Source of the DNA: Methanocaldococcus indicus
Lineage (GTDB): Archaea > AGJL01 > Methanococci > Methanococcales > Methanocaldococcaceae
Length of the DNA stretch: 64,000 nt
Direction: 5' to 3'
Assembly (NCBI RefSeq): GCF_049554935.1
Contig: NZ_CP186926.1
Coordinates: 800,001-864,000 of the forward strand
Position 1 is the stretch's first letter; every line of letters begins with the position of its first letter. A model generated the notes under the pieces. It did no database searches. It was not told the DNA's origin and worked only from the letters and a program-made list of their open reading frames with translations. Positions 1-11,296 of the stretch are shown piece by piece. Position numbers and translations under genes: made by a program.

Positions 1-644
1 TTTGGTATTTAGTAGCTATCCCATTTTGGATTTATGGAATAATAAAGTTAAAGAAGTTATTTAGTAAAATGCCAGAAGTTAAGCCTCTTGTTGCTATTGC
101 AGGGGCTTATATGTTTATATTAAGTTCATTAAAAATGCCATCTGTTACTGGAAGTTGTTCTCACCCATGTGGTAATGGTTTAGGTGCAGTGTTATTTGGT
201 CCTGCTGTTACATCAATTTTAGCAGCTATTACATTGTTATTCCAAGCTTTACTGTTAGCTCATGGAGGGATTACAACTTTAGGAGCTAATTGTGTTTCTA
301 TGGGTATTGTTGGACCAATTGTTGGTTGGGCATTATACAAAGCTTTAAAAGGAAAAATAAATTCTACTTATGCTGTTGGTTTAGCTGCTATGTTTGCAGA
401 TTGGGCTACTTATGTTACAACATCTATTCAATTAACATTAGCATTTCCAGGAGACAATCCAGTAAATACATTTATGGCATTTGCAACAGTATTTGCAGTT
501 ACTCAAATCCCATTAGCTATAGCTGAAGGTATATTAACAATGATAATCTGGGACTACTTGAAGAAATTAAGACCAGACTTATTATTGAAGTTGGGAGTTA
601 TTGATGAAAGTGAAGTTTCACATATAACACCAACAACACACTAA
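1..644 (+). CDS. cbiM: Cobalt ECF transporter S component CbiM (5' end lies upstream of the window)
   Basis: Hydrophobic protein with [12 protein letters not shown] and [13 protein letters not shown] motifs; frame open from the window start; first gene of cbiMNQO. Confidence 0.93.
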   Translation, partial: WYLVAIPFWIYGIIKLKKLFSKMPEVKPLVAIAGAYMFILSSLKMPSVTGSCSHPCGNGLGAVLFGPAVTSILAAITLLFQALLLAHGGITTLGANCVSMGIVGPIVGWALYKALKGKINSTYAVGLAAMFADWATYVTTSIQLTLAFPGDNPVNTFMAFATVFAVTQIPLAIAEGILTMIIWDYLKKLRPDLLLKLGVIDESEVSHITPTTH

Positions 645-660
645 AAAATTAGGTGATATA

Positions 661-939
661 TTGGAAGCCAAACATTTAATTCTCTTAGGAATTGTAGCAA
701 TATTAATGGTCCTTCCACTAATATTAAAACCAAATGCTGAATTTGGAGGAGCAGATGATGCAGCTGAAGGAGTTATAGAAAAAGTAGACCCTAACTACCA
801 TCCATGGTTTGAGCCAATTTGGGAACCTCCAAGTGGAGAAATAGAAAGTCTATTGTTTGCTTTACAAGCTGCTATAGGAGCTATAATTATTGGTTACTAT
901 ATAGGATACTTTAGAGCTAAGTCTCAATACTCTCAATAG
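661..939 (+). CDS. cbiN: Cobalt transport protein CbiN
   Basis: FGGADD, PWFEPIWEPPSGEIESLLFALQAAIG motifs; AGGTGA SD before a TTG start. Confidence 0.95.
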   Translation: MEAKHLILLGIVAILMVLPLILKPNAEFGGADDAAEGVIEKVDPNYHPWFEPIWEPPSGEIESLLFALQAAIGAIIIGYYIGYFRAKSQYSQ

Positions 940-968
940 ATTTTTTTATTTTTTTGGGGGAATATAAG

Positions 969-1745
969 ATGTTATCTGTTGATTACATCTCTTTTAACAA
1001 TAAACTAAAAAATGTAAATCCTAAGCTAAAAGTTTTATTTGCTACTGTATCTTTATTTGTTGCTGTTCTTTCTAAGTCAGCTATAGTTCCTCTTTTAATA
1101 TCATTAATTATGATATATTTGACTCTATTTAAAGCAGAAGTTCCAAAAAAAATTTATTTGACTTTATTAACCCCTGTTATTGGTTTTGGTTTATTTAATT
1201 TAGTATTTATGGGATTTTGGTATGGAAATACTTCAATAATAAGCTTTGAAATATTTAATATTACAATTGGTTTCAAAAAAGAAGGGTTAGAGTTAGGGTT
1301 GTTAGTTTTTAGTAGGATGCTTGGTGGAGTTACATCCACATTATTTTTAGCTTTAACTACACCAATGACTGAATTAATGTATGTATTAAGAGATTTAAAA
1401 TTACCAAGTATTATAGTAGAAATAACCATGATGATGTATAGGTATATTTTTGTTTTATTAGATGAATTAATAAGAATGCAACAAGCTCAAGAAACAAGAT
1501 TGGGCTATGTAAATTTAAAAACCTCATACAAATCCTTAGGAATGTTGGCAGTTAATTTATTTATAAGAACATTTGAAAAAGGAGAAAAAGCATATATTGC
1601 CATGATTTCAAGATGTTATGATGGAGAACTGAAATCATTAACAAAAATAGAAAATCCAAAATTAGCATATACTTTGTTAGTTATTTTATTTGGAATATTT
1701 ATGATTATTCTAAGCTATTTAACTAAGTATATGAAAATATTATAA
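969..1745 (+). CDS. cbiQ: Cobalt ECF transporter T component CbiQ (start ATG 969 preferred over 954)
   Basis: Membrane protein with MYRYIFVL, AQETRLGY and AMISRCY conserved Arg motifs. Confidence 0.92.
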   Translation: MLSVDYISFNNKLKNVNPKLKVLFATVSLFVAVLSKSAIVPLLISLIMIYLTLFKAEVPKKIYLTLLTPVIGFGLFNLVFMGFWYGNTSIISFEIFNITIGFKKEGLELGLLVFSRMLGGVTSTLFLALTTPMTELMYVLRDLKLPSIIVEITMMMYRYIFVLLDELIRMQQAQETRLGYVNLKTSYKSLGMLAVNLFIRTFEKGEKAYIAMISRCYDGELKSLTKIENPKLAYTLLVILFGIFMIILSYLTKYMKIL

Positions 1746-1769
1746 TATAAATTTTTTTTTGGTGTTATT

Positions 1770-2612
1770 ATGAGCTATATTTTAGAGACAAGAGATTTAC
1801 ATTATATTTATCCAGATGGAACCCATGTTTTAAAAGGGATAAACTTTAAAGTTAAAGAAGGAGAGATGGTGGCTCTTCTTGGACCTAATGGAGCTGGAAA
1901 ATCAACTTTATTTTTACACTTTAATGGAATTTTAAAACCAACAAAAGGAGAAGTATTGATTAAAGGGAAACCAATAAAATATAATAAAGAAGGTTTAATA
2001 AAAGTTAGAAAAACTGTTGGTTTAGTTTTTCAAAATCCTGATGACCAAATATTTGCTCCAACAGTTTTGGAAGATGTTGCTTTTGGACCATTAAATTTAG
2101 GTTTATCAAAAGAGGAAGTTGAAAGGAGAGTTAAAGAAGCTTTAAAAGCTGTAGGTATGGAAGGTTTTGAGGATAAACCGCCACATCATCTAAGTGGAGG
2201 GCAGAAGAAAAGAGTAGCTATAGCTGGAATATTGGCTATGGAACCAGATATAATTGTATTAGATGAACCAACAGCAGGTTTAGACCCTTTGGGAGCATCT
2301 CAAATAATGAAACTTTTGTATGAATTAAATAAACAAGGAAAAACAATTATTATATCTACTCATGATGTTGATTTAGTTCCTGTTTATGCAGATAGAGTTT
2401 ATGTAATGTATAATGGACAAATTTTAAAGGAAGGAACAGTAAAAGAAGTTTTTGAAGATGTAGAAAGTTTAAGAAAAGCACATTTAAGATTACCAAGAGT
2501 AGCTCATCTTGTTGAAATTTTAAACAAAAAAGATAATTTAAATTTAAAAATGGGATATACTATAGGGGAAGTTAGAAGAAATATCTTAGAATATTTAAAA
2601 GAAAAATGTTAA
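1770..2612 (+). CDS. cbiO: Cobalt ECF transporter ATPase CbiO
   Basis: Walker A GPNGAGKST, FQNPDDQ, LSGGQKKR, LDEPT. Confidence 0.94.
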   Translation: MSYILETRDLHYIYPDGTHVLKGINFKVKEGEMVALLGPNGAGKSTLFLHFNGILKPTKGEVLIKGKPIKYNKEGLIKVRKTVGLVFQNPDDQIFAPTVLEDVAFGPLNLGLSKEEVERRVKEALKAVGMEGFEDKPPHHLSGGQKKRVAIAGILAMEPDIIVLDEPTAGLDPLGASQIMKLLYELNKQGKTIIISTHDVDLVPVYADRVYVMYNGQILKEGTVKEVFEDVESLRKAHLRLPRVAHLVEILNKKDNLNLKMGYTIGEVRRNILEYLKEKC

Positions 2613-2625
2613 TTTTATATTTATA

Positions 2626-4530
2626 TTATTTTATTCTTAAACTATCTAAATTTCTTGGTGCATAAGTTTCTTTTTTAAATAATCTTCTAACTGACTCAGA
2701 GAAATCTAAACACTTACTTTCTTCTCCATGAACCATAATAATCCTTTCTGGGGAAGGTTTAACTTTCCTAACATATCTCATTAATTGTTTTCTATCACTA
2801 TGCCCAGAAAACCCTTCAATTGTAACAACCTCTAAATTAACTGGAATTGACTTAGTTTTTCCATTACTTGTAATTATTGGAATTTCTTTCCAACCTCTTT
2901 GTATCTTTCTACCCAATGTTCCCTCTGATTGATAGCCTACAAATATAATAGCATTTTTTTCATCTGGAGCTAAATTTTTTAAATATTCAACACTTGGCCC
3001 ACCAGTGAGCATTCCAGATGTTGCCAATATTATTGCTGGTTCATCAGAATCTATAATATTTCTTCTTTCCTTTGCACTACCTACTCTTTTAAATACCTCT
3101 GATAAGAAAGGATTATCTCCTTCATGGAATATCTTTTGTCTCATCTCCTTAGATAAATATTCTGGATATGCTGTATGGATAGCTGTTGCTTCCCAAATCA
3201 TACCATCTAAATATACAGGAGCATTAAATATTCCTTGATTGTATCCTTCTTCTAAAACTAACATTAACTCTTGTGCTCTTCCAACTCCAAACACAGGAAT
3301 CAATATTTTACCTCTCCTATCAATTACCTTACTAACAACTTCCAATAACTTCTGCTCTGCTTCATCTCTTGTAGGTAGAACATCATCAAATCCTCCATAA
3401 GTAGATTCAATAATTAAAGTTTCTAATCTTGGAAACTGTGTAACTGCTGGCTCTAACAATCTTGAACTTTCATATTTTATATCCCCTGTATAAGCTAAGT
3501 TATATAATCCATCTCCTATATGTAGATGAGCAATAGCAGAGCCAAGAACATGGCCAGCATTATGTAAAGTTAATTTTATAGTTGGACTTATATCAGTTGT
3601 TACTCCATAATCTATTGGTATTGTATGTTTAACACATGTTTTAATATCCTTTGAATCATATGGGATAAATTTACCTTCTTTTTTTGCTATTTCCAAATAA
3701 TCTTTTTGTAAGAGAGTCATCAAGTCTCTTGTAGGTCTTGTGCAATAAACAGGACCATCATAACCATATCTAAACAATCCTGGGACAAAACCACAGTGGT
3801 CAAGATGAGCATGAGTAATTATAACAGCATCTAAATCCTCTATACTAAATTCTGGTGCATCAAAATAAGGATATGCTTTATCTTCACAGGCAATATTTAC
3901 TCCACAATCAATTAAAACCTTTGTATCTGGAGTTTGGAGATATAAACAACTTCTACCTACTTCTCTTGCTCCACCTAAGAAGCTAACTCTAATCCAATAG
4001 TCATCTTTTTTTATAACTTCTCTAAAAATTTTTCTTCCTATTCTTCTTAAAATTTCTTTTACATCATCTCTTTCTCTGAAAAGAGTAGCCCTAATTGCCT
4101 TAATAGTTTCAGATTGTATAGGTGGAACTCTCACAGGTTTAGGGGCCCATTTGATAGCTTTTTTTATAGCTTCTAATGTTTTTCCTTCTTTTCCAATAAC
4201 TAACCCAGGTTTTTTTGATTCAATAATAACCTCTCCTGTTGTAGGCTCAAAAATAATATTCTCTATTCCAGCATCTTCTGGAACTATCTCCAATATCATT
4301 TTTTTGGCTTCTTCTGGCTCTATTAATACAGATGGGTCTGCTCTTATAGAAATTCTTTTTCTAATCTCTTTTGCTATATTTCTAACTATTTCATTACTAT
4401 AAACTTCTGGATTTTTTACATATACCACTAATTCTGGACCTTCAAACTGAACATCAACTATTTTTGCTTCTTTTGGAGATAATTTTATAATTTTATTTTT
4501 TAGTTCTTCTAAAACTTCTTCAACTGTCAA
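2626..4530 (-). CDS. fttA: Beta-CASP ribonuclease aCPSF1 / transcription termination factor FttA
   Basis: N-terminal KH domains (GLVIGKEG), HAHLDH metallo-beta-lactamase motif, FSGHSD, VHGE; 634 aa; adjacent to psmB. Confidence 0.95.
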   Translation of the reverse strand: MTVEEVLEELKNKIIKLSPKEAKIVDVQFEGPELVVYVKNPEVYSNEIVRNIAKEIRKRISIRADPSVLIEPEEAKKMILEIVPEDAGIENIIFEPTTGEVIIESKKPGLVIGKEGKTLEAIKKAIKWAPKPVRVPPIQSETIKAIRATLFRERDDVKEILRRIGRKIFREVIKKDDYWIRVSFLGGAREVGRSCLYLQTPDTKVLIDCGVNIACEDKAYPYFDAPEFSIEDLDAVIITHAHLDHCGFVPGLFRYGYDGPVYCTRPTRDLMTLLQKDYLEIAKKEGKFIPYDSKDIKTCVKHTIPIDYGVTTDISPTIKLTLHNAGHVLGSAIAHLHIGDGLYNLAYTGDIKYESSRLLEPAVTQFPRLETLIIESTYGGFDDVLPTRDEAEQKLLEVVSKVIDRRGKILIPVFGVGRAQELMLVLEEGYNQGIFNAPVYLDGMIWEATAIHTAYPEYLSKEMRQKIFHEGDNPFLSEVFKRVGSAKERRNIIDSDEPAIILATSGMLTGGPSVEYLKNLAPDEKNAIIFVGYQSEGTLGRKIQRGWKEIPIITSNGKTKSIPVNLEVVTIEGFSGHSDRKQLMRYVRKVKPSPERIIMVHGEESKCLDFSESVRRLFKKETYAPRNLDSLRIK

Positions 4531-4656
4531 AAATAATCACCTTACAATTTTTAATTTATGTTTATATATAAATTAATAAAATTTTTATGTTAAAATAGAT
4601 AAAAATATTGAAATATTCTGTGCAAAAATTAATTTTATGAAAATATATAATTTAAT

Positions 4657-5298
4657 TTATTTCTTTCTTAAACTCTTTAAAAAATTATCTATCTCTTCAT
4701 CCTCTAAAATTTTCACTCCTTCTTTATTTATAACAGCTAAGGATATACCATTTCCAGTGAAGGTATCTCTTTCACTTGCAGCTTTGATAGCTTTAATAGC
4801 TAATTTAATTGCTTTATCTAATGGTAAATCTTTTTTATATTCAGCTTCTAAAACCCCATATGCTACTGGACTTCCAGAGCCAGTGGCTGTGAAAGTATAT
4901 TCTTCACTAAATCCACCTAAGGGGTCTATTGAGAATAACTCTCCCTTATTTTCATCTAAGTTATATCCTCCTAAGATAAGCATAGTTAAGTATGGATAGA
5001 ATCTGCTTGAATGTAAAATATTAGATAAGAGAGTAGCACAATTCTTAGGAGCTAAGTATCTTCCAGCTCTCATTCTGTATAATCTTGCCTCAGCTATTAG
5101 ATATCTTATTATAGCTTGTGCGTCTCCAACACTTCCTGATATAGTTAAAGCTAAATAATCATCAATTTTATGAACTTTTTTAGCATTTTTATCAGCTATT
5201 AAATTTCCCATAGAAGCTCTTTTATCAGCTGCTAAAATAACTCCATCTTTATATATAAGTCCTACTGTTGTAGTTCCTTTCATTCTCATGTCATCCAT
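4657..5298 (-). CDS. psmB: Proteasome beta subunit
   Basis: Propeptide followed by KGTTTVG, ADKRAS, ATGSGS. Confidence 0.97.
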   Translation of the reverse strand: MDDMRMKGTTTVGLIYKDGVILAADKRASMGNLIADKNAKKVHKIDDYLALTISGSVGDAQAIIRYLIAEARLYRMRAGRYLAPKNCATLLSNILHSSRFYPYLTMLILGGYNLDENKGELFSIDPLGGFSEEYTFTATGSGSPVAYGVLEAEYKKDLPLDKAIKLAIKAIKAASERDTFTGNGISLAVINKEGVKILEDEEIDNFLKSLRKK

Positions 5299-5325
5299 AA
5301 ATACATCACCTAAAAAAGTTAAATC

Positions 5326-6693
5326 TTAATATGTCTTAGCAATAGCTATATAATCCCTATCTTTATATCTTGTTTTTCCTAAAATAGTTGCTTCTACTTT
5401 TTCCTCTAAATCTTCATTATAAATCTCTTCATTAAATGGAATTAAAACAATTCCCTTTCTTTTTTCTAATATCTCTTTAATTTCATTTACATTATTAACA
5501 ATAGTTATATATTCATCAAATTTTTTCCATGCTTTTTCTTTCATATATTCCATAATATTATTTAAAGTTTTTTCTATCTCTTCTAAATTGTCCTCATCTA
5601 TTTGTAACTTTTCATTTGTATCTCTTCTATATATGGTTATTTTTTTATTTTCAATATCTTTTGGACCTATTTCAATTCTTAGAGGGACTCCTTTTAATTC
5701 CCATTCATTAAACTTCTTTCCTGGTCTTAAATCTCTATCATCCAATAAAACTCTATATTTATCTTTTAATTTGTTATATATCTCTTTTGCTTTATCCATA
5801 ACTAACTCTTCTTTTCCTTTAAATATTAATGGAACTATAACTATCTGATAAGGAGCCACAATTGGAGGTAAAATTAGACCTTTTTCATCACCATGTATTG
5901 CTATTATTGAGGCAATAGCTCTATCAGATATACCATAACATGTCTGATAACCATAATCTTTATCTCCTGTTGGTGTCTCAAAAACTATATCAAATGCTTT
6001 TGAAAAGTGTTGTCCTAAATTATGGACTGTTCCAATTTGTATAGCTCTACCATCTGGAAATATAGTATCAAAAGCAACTGTATATTTTGCTCCTGGGAAT
6101 TTGTCCCATTCTGGTCTTGTAGATATTAAATAAGGAACTCCAATGGTATCAAAGAATTTTTTATATATTTCTATTGCTTCTCTTACTTGTTTTTCAGCAT
6201 CTTCTTCTGTTGAGTGTATTGTATGTGCTTCTTTAAAAGTCATAATTTCTCTTAATCTTATTAGAGGTCTTGTATGTTTTGTTTCATATCTAAATGTATT
6301 AACTATTTGATATATTTTAATTGGCATATCTGTATGAACTTTAATCCACTGCTTAAACATATAGTATATGGATGTCTCAGATGTTGGTCTTAAAGCTAAT
6401 TTTACATCTAACTCTTTACTACCTCCATGAGTAACCCAATAAACCTCCTCCTCAAATCCTTTAATATGCTCTCCTTCTTTTTTTAATAAGGTTTCTGGAA
6501 TCAATAATGGGAACAAAGTTTCTTCATGTCCTGTTCTATCTAACAAATCTCTTAAAATCTCAAATGTATATTTTCTAATTTTAAAACCATAAGGTAGATA
6601 AACACCACACCCTTTTATAGGATACCTTACATCAAAAATTCCAGCTCTTTCTAAGATATTGGAGTACCACTCAGAAAAATCCAAATGTCTCAC
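5326..6693 (-). CDS. proS: Proline--tRNA ligase (archaeal type)
   Basis: [31 protein letters not shown]-terminal AKTY. Confidence 0.96.
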   Translation of the reverse strand: MRHLDFSEWYSNILERAGIFDVRYPIKGCGVYLPYGFKIRKYTFEILRDLLDRTGHEETLFPLLIPETLLKKEGEHIKGFEEEVYWVTHGGSKELDVKLALRPTSETSIYYMFKQWIKVHTDMPIKIYQIVNTFRYETKHTRPLIRLREIMTFKEAHTIHSTEEDAEKQVREAIEIYKKFFDTIGVPYLISTRPEWDKFPGAKYTVAFDTIFPDGRAIQIGTVHNLGQHFSKAFDIVFETPTGDKDYGYQTCYGISDRAIASIIAIHGDEKGLILPPIVAPYQIVIVPLIFKGKEELVMDKAKEIYNKLKDKYRVLLDDRDLRPGKKFNEWELKGVPLRIEIGPKDIENKKITIYRRDTNEKLQIDEDNLEEIEKTLNNIMEYMKEKAWKKFDEYITIVNNVNEIKEILEKRKGIVLIPFNEEIYNEDLEEKVEATILGKTRYKDRDYIAIAKTY

Positions 6694-6694
6694 C

Positions 6695-7138
6695 CTAATC
6701 TCTCATAGTTGCTTTTAATCTTTTTTCGTAAATTAATAAATCTAAGGCATCTAATATATTATTAACCACAACATCAGCAGATAAAATAGCATTTATATTA
6801 GCTCCTTCTTTTCCAATAACACATATTCCTAAATCAGCTTTCTCTAATATATATTTATCATTTTTACCATTTCCAATAGCAACAATATAATTATTATTTT
6901 TCTTTAACTCTAAAAGTATCATTAGCTTAGCTATTCCTTCACTACCATATTTTAATTTATCAACCTTTTTATAACTAACCCCTAATTTTTTACCAATATC
7001 TTCCAAAGTTCCAAAAGTATCAGCAGATAGTATATAAATATCAAATTTCTTTTTTAATTTTTCTAATCTTTCCTTTACACCTTCAATTATTTCCCCATCC
7101 AATGCAATAGTTCCATTTAAATCCAAAAGAAGTATCAT
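6695..7138 (-). CDS. HAD-family hydrolase (soluble P-type ATPase-like)
   Basis: DLNGT motif I, SADTFG, IGNGKND. Confidence 0.8.
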   Translation of the reverse strand: MILLLDLNGTIALDGEIIEGVKERLEKLKKKFDIYILSADTFGTLEDIGKKLGVSYKKVDKLKYGSEGIAKLMILLELKKNNNYIVAIGNGKNDKYILEKADLGICVIGKEGANINAILSADVVVNNILDALDLLIYEKRLKATMRD

Positions 7139-7809
7139 TCTATCATTCCTTTAAACATAAATAATCCATCATCAGAGCCAAGGATTTTTTGAGAAGCTCT
7201 TTCAGGATGAGGCATTAAAAAGAGGGCATTAAACTTTTCATTACATACTCCTGCTATATTATCAATTGAACCATTTGGATTTACATCTTCTTTAACTTCT
7301 CCTGTCTCATCACAATACTTAAAGACAATCATATTGTTTTTATATAAATAATCTAAATCATCATCATTTGCATAGAATCTTCCTTCTGCATGAGCAATTG
7401 GAATCTTTAAAACTTGTCCTTTTTCATAAAATCTTGTAAATGGAGTTTTATTATTTTCAACTCTAATATACACCCATTTACATATAAATCTTGCATTTTT
7501 GTTTAAAGTAAATACACCCCTTGAAAATCCTGCCTCTAAACCTATTTGAGCTCCATTACAGATTCCTAAGACAGGTTTTCCCTCATCTATCATCTTTCTT
7601 AAAGCATTGATTATTGGAGTTCTTGATGCTATAGCTCCAGCTCTTAAATAATCCCCATAAGAAAACCCTCCTGGAATGACAGCTCCATCATAGTTTGATA
7701 AATCTTTTTCTGTATAAAACACTAACTTTGCTTTTCCACCAGCTAACTCAATAGCTTTACAAACATCTAAATCACAATTACTACCTAAAAATTTAATAAC
7801 TGCTATCAT
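7135..7809 (-). CDS. purQ: Phosphoribosylformylglycinamidine synthase subunit PurQ
   Basis: GSNCD, PGGFSYGDYLRAGA, GICNG, MPHPER. Confidence 0.97.
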   Translation of the reverse strand: MIAVIKFLGSNCDLDVCKAIELAGGKAKLVFYTEKDLSNYDGAVIPGGFSYGDYLRAGAIASRTPIINALRKMIDEGKPVLGICNGAQIGLEAGFSRGVFTLNKNARFICKWVYIRVENNKTPFTRFYEKGQVLKIPIAHAEGRFYANDDDLDYLYKNNMIVFKYCDETGEVKEDVNPNGSIDNIAGVCNEKFNALFLMPHPERASQKILGSDDGLFMFKGMIE

Positions 7810-7815
7810 AAAGCT

Positions 7816-8118
7816 TCACTCCAATTCAGATGTTATGACATTTAACATCTCTTTTATTAGAATAGGCATTTTTTCTGTTCTTTCACTCAACTCTAAAATT
7901 TTCTTTTTTAATCTTTCATCATCACATCTTTTTATATCTCTTGCCTTTATTGTTTTTCTACCTTCTTTTTTAGCATTTTTTTCTGCAACTTCTGTTGTTA
8001 TTTTTATTATTTCTTCTAAAAGGTTGCAGATTTCTTCAACAGCCTCAGCAGAGATGTTGAGATTAGTATGTTGTTTCATCATTCTTTTTATGGTTGCTCT
8101 TGGTAACATTAATTTCAC
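7816..8118 (-). CDS. Archaeal histone variant with C-terminal extension (MJ1647-like); start may be ATG 8109
   Basis: Histone fold LPRATIKR...ISAEA...GRKTIKARDI plus a ~30 aa helical tail. Confidence 0.88.
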   Translation of the reverse strand: MKLMLPRATIKRMMKQHTNLNISAEAVEEICNLLEEIIKITTEVAEKNAKKEGRKTIKARDIKRCDDERLKKKILELSERTEKMPILIKEMLNVITSELE

Positions 8119-8717
8119 TCCTCATCAATTTTTAAAGCTTTTATTCTAATTAATGGAATTAATTTAACTCCTGCTATTTCATCTAATCCACTCTTATCAA
8201 TTAAAACAACAATTAACTTAGGATTACAAATCTCTTTTAAGTTTTTTACACACTCTTCTAATGTTTTTCCACTTGTTACAACATCATCAATTATAACAAC
8301 TCTCTTTTTATATATATCTGAGAAGTTGTTTGAGACAATTCCAGAAGATTCTTCATTGGGTAAATGTTTTTTTGGAATATAGATGGTGAAGTTTTTATTT
8401 AACTCATTAGCAACAAAAGTAGCTAATGGAACTCCACTTGTTGAAACTCCCACAACAGCATCAAAATCATAATCTTTTAAAATATCAACAATTATATCTG
8501 AAAGATATTTTAATCTATTTGCAGATGAACCTATATTTCTCCAATCTATATAAATATCTATCTTTTCTTTTTTCTTTTCCTCTTTTAACAACTTTTCGGC
8601 ATTTAACACCAAATATCTTGCTGTATCTGTTGAAACATTCAACTCATCAGCTATCTGGCTAATAGATAGTCCTGATTTTCTTAATTCAATAACTTTATTT
8701 AATAATTCTTTGTCCAT
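8115..8717 (-). CDS. HTH plus phosphoribosyltransferase-fold protein (PyrE-like / GfcR family regulator)
   Basis: N-terminal HTH (GLSISQIADELNVS) and PRT motif VVIIDDVVTSGKT. Confidence 0.85.
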   Translation of the reverse strand: MDKELLNKVIELRKSGLSISQIADELNVSTDTARYLVLNAEKLLKEEKKKEKIDIYIDWRNIGSSANRLKYLSDIIVDILKDYDFDAVVGVSTSGVPLATFVANELNKNFTIYIPKKHLPNEESSGIVSNNFSDIYKKRVVIIDDVVTSGKTLEECVKNLKEICNPKLIVVLIDKSGLDEIAGVKLIPLIRIKALKIDEE

Positions 8718-8819
8718 AATACATAACCTTTCATTTATTTTAAAAAATTATCTTAAAACAATTTTAATAATTAGAGAATAATAGTAAGATATAGTATATA
8801 TCTATTAAGGTGTTGCATA

Positions 8820-10202
8820 ATGTTTATAAATAAATGGATTGAAAGAGAAGATATTGAAGTTATAAATCCATACACATTAGAAATTATAAAAAAGATTCCT
8901 GCATTGAGTAGAGAAGAGGTTAAGGAAGCTATTGATTTGGCTTATGAAAATAAAGATAAAGCAAAACTCTCTAAAACTAAAAGATACAATATACTTATGT
9001 ATATATCTAATAAAATTAAAGAGAAAAAGGAAGAATTAGCAAAAATTTTAGCAATTGATGCAGGAAAACCTATTAAACAGGCAAGGATAGAAGTAGATAG
9101 GGCTATAACAACATTTAAATTAGCTGCTTTTTATGTTAAGGAATTAAGAGGAGAGGTTATAGAGACAAATGATAAACTTATTTTAACAAGAAGAGAACCA
9201 ATAGGTTTATTAGCAGCTATAACACCATTCAACTTTCCATTAAATTTATCTGCCCATAAAATAGCTCCATCAATTGCAGTAGGTAACTTTATTTTACACC
9301 ATCCTTCTATAAAAGCTCCATTAGCTACTATTGAGTTGGCTAAGATTATTGAAGAAGCTTATAAAAAATATTCTGACTATGTGCCATACTATCTATTAAC
9401 TGGTTTAGGGGAAGTTGTTGGAGATGAGTTAGTTGTCAATGAAAAAATAAATATGATTTCTTTTACAGGGAGTACATATGTTGGAGAGGAGATAACAAAA
9501 AAAGCAGGATTTAAGAAGATACATTTAGAGTTAGGGGGTGTTAATCCAAACTTAGTTTTAAAAGATGCTGATATAAATAAAGCTGTTAAATCTCTTGTAA
9601 AAGGTTCTTTTTTATATGCTAAACAGGTATGTATTGCTGTTGGAGTAATTTTGGTGGATGAGGAGATAGCAGATACATTCATTAAAAAGTTTGTTGAAGA
9701 AACTAAAAAATTGAAAGTAGGTAATCCATTAAATGAGGAGACAGATGTTGGCCCAGTTATTACATTAGAACATGCTAAATTTGCTGAAACATTAATAAAT
9801 AGAGCTATTGAAGATGGAGCAAAACTCTTGTTAGGAGGTAGAAGGGAGAAATCTATCATTTATCCAACTATTTTAGAGGTTGATAGAGATAACTTCTTAT
9901 GTAGAACTGAAACATTTGCCCCTATTGTTCCAATAGTTAGATGTAGTGAAGAGGAGATGTTAGATATAGCAAATTCCCTTGAATATGGATTGCATTCAGC
10001 AATATTTACTCAAAATATAAATAAAGCACTTTCTTTTGCTGAAAATTTAGAGTTTGGTGGTGTTATTATAAATGACTCTTCATTATATAGAGTGGATAAT
10101 ATGCCATTTGGAGGAGTTAAAAAGAGTGGTTTAGGTAGAGAGGGAATAAAATATGCAATAGAAGAGATGAGTGAAATTAAAACTATTTGCATATCAAAAT
10201 AA
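8820..10202 (+). CDS. Aldehyde dehydrogenase, probable lactaldehyde dehydrogenase (MJ1411-like)
   Basis: ITPFNFP, SFTGS, LELGG, catalytic QVC, ETFAP, PFGGVKKSG. Confidence 0.88.
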   Translation: MFINKWIEREDIEVINPYTLEIIKKIPALSREEVKEAIDLAYENKDKAKLSKTKRYNILMYISNKIKEKKEELAKILAIDAGKPIKQARIEVDRAITTFKLAAFYVKELRGEVIETNDKLILTRREPIGLLAAITPFNFPLNLSAHKIAPSIAVGNFILHHPSIKAPLATIELAKIIEEAYKKYSDYVPYYLLTGLGEVVGDELVVNEKINMISFTGSTYVGEEITKKAGFKKIHLELGGVNPNLVLKDADINKAVKSLVKGSFLYAKQVCIAVGVILVDEEIADTFIKKFVEETKKLKVGNPLNEETDVGPVITLEHAKFAETLINRAIEDGAKLLLGGRREKSIIYPTILEVDRDNFLCRTETFAPIVPIVRCSEEEMLDIANSLEYGLHSAIFTQNINKALSFAENLEFGGVIINDSSLYRVDNMPFGGVKKSGLGREGIKYAIEEMSEIKTICISK

Positions 10203-10892
10203 AAAATATAGAATAATTCCAAAGATTCCACCTAATAAATTAGCTAAGAAGTTTGTAATTTCATTATTTACTATCTTTTTTCTTTCTAATGTAGCCCCAA
10301 TATAGCTATCAACAATATTCCCTAAGAATCCTGCTATTGTTGAAGATACTAAAAGTTTAAAATCATTAAATAATATAAAACCAACAACACCAATTAAAAA
10401 ACTGCCTAATAATCCAGCCAATAATCCCAATAGTGTAATCCCCCCATCCTCTCCTTCTTTAACTTCTTTAAAAGTAGTTATTAATCTTGGTTTTTCATTA
10501 GAAAGTATTCCTATCTCAGAGGAAAATGTGTCTGAGGTTGCTGATGCAATAGATGCTACATAACCTACTAATCCAAAATTAAAACCAATTAAATATAAAA
10601 TAGCAAAAATTAGAGGAGGTAATCCATTAGCTAAAACATTTTTTAGCCCTCTACAAACTTCTAAATTTTTTAATTTTTTCTTCTTTTCTTTTCCTAATCT
10701 ACTTGCCAATGAGCATAAAACAAAAAAAGATAACAAAATTAAGAAAAATTTAAATCCACAAAAATATATTAAGAAAAATCCCATTATAGCAGATGCTAAA
10801 ATACCTTTGTTATCTAGTGTTTTACTTCTTTTTATTATTATAGAGAGAATCAATACAATAACTATTGCCAATAAAAATCTAAGTATATCCAT
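10194..10892 (-). CDS. DUF92/TMEM19 family membrane protein
   Basis: NVLANG, SDTFSSEIG, GGITLLG, DSYIGATLE, NEITN. Confidence 0.88.
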   Translation of the reverse strand: MDILRFLLAIVIVLILSIIIKRSKTLDNKGILASAIMGFFLIYFCGFKFFLILLSFFVLCSLASRLGKEKKKKLKNLEVCRGLKNVLANGLPPLIFAILYLIGFNFGLVGYVASIASATSDTFSSEIGILSNEKPRLITTFKEVKEGEDGGITLLGLLAGLLGSFLIGVVGFILFNDFKLLVSSTIAGFLGNIVDSYIGATLERKKIVNNEITNFLANLLGGIFGIILYFLF

Positions 10893-10907
10893 AACATTCC
10901 CAAATAG

Positions 10908-10983
10908 CGCCCCCGGGGGGATTTGAACCCCCGACCTTCGGGTCCGAAGCCCGACGCTCTAATCCTGGCTAAGCTACGGGGGC
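10908..10983 (-). tRNA. tRNA-Arg(TCG), CCA not encoded
   Basis: Reverse complement folds as a cloverleaf; anticodon arm TCGGG-CT-TCG-GA-CCCGA; GGTTCAAATCC T arm. Confidence 0.95.
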
Positions 10984-11296
10984 TATTTTTTTATTAAATT
11001 TTTTATTAACATTAAAGTTTATTATACTATATAATATACTATATATGAATTATGTTAAATGAATTTTATTTTTTTTTTATGAATTTTAATATCATAATAA
11101 CAAATAGTATTATTTAAAGGTCATAATTAAGTTACAATAACTTAAAATTTTACAAAAATCTCCTAAACCAAAAATAATCTATTAAAAGCAAATTAAACTA
11201 AAAAATAAAAATTTTCAGGATAATAGCAATAAAACTTAAATACTATTTTAAGATAATATTACATACCCAAAAATAAATTAAATGGTGATTATATTT

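Noticed and set aside
2626-5298. psmB-aCPSF1 adjacency as a new system
   Set aside because: A well-known conserved archaeal gene neighbourhood.
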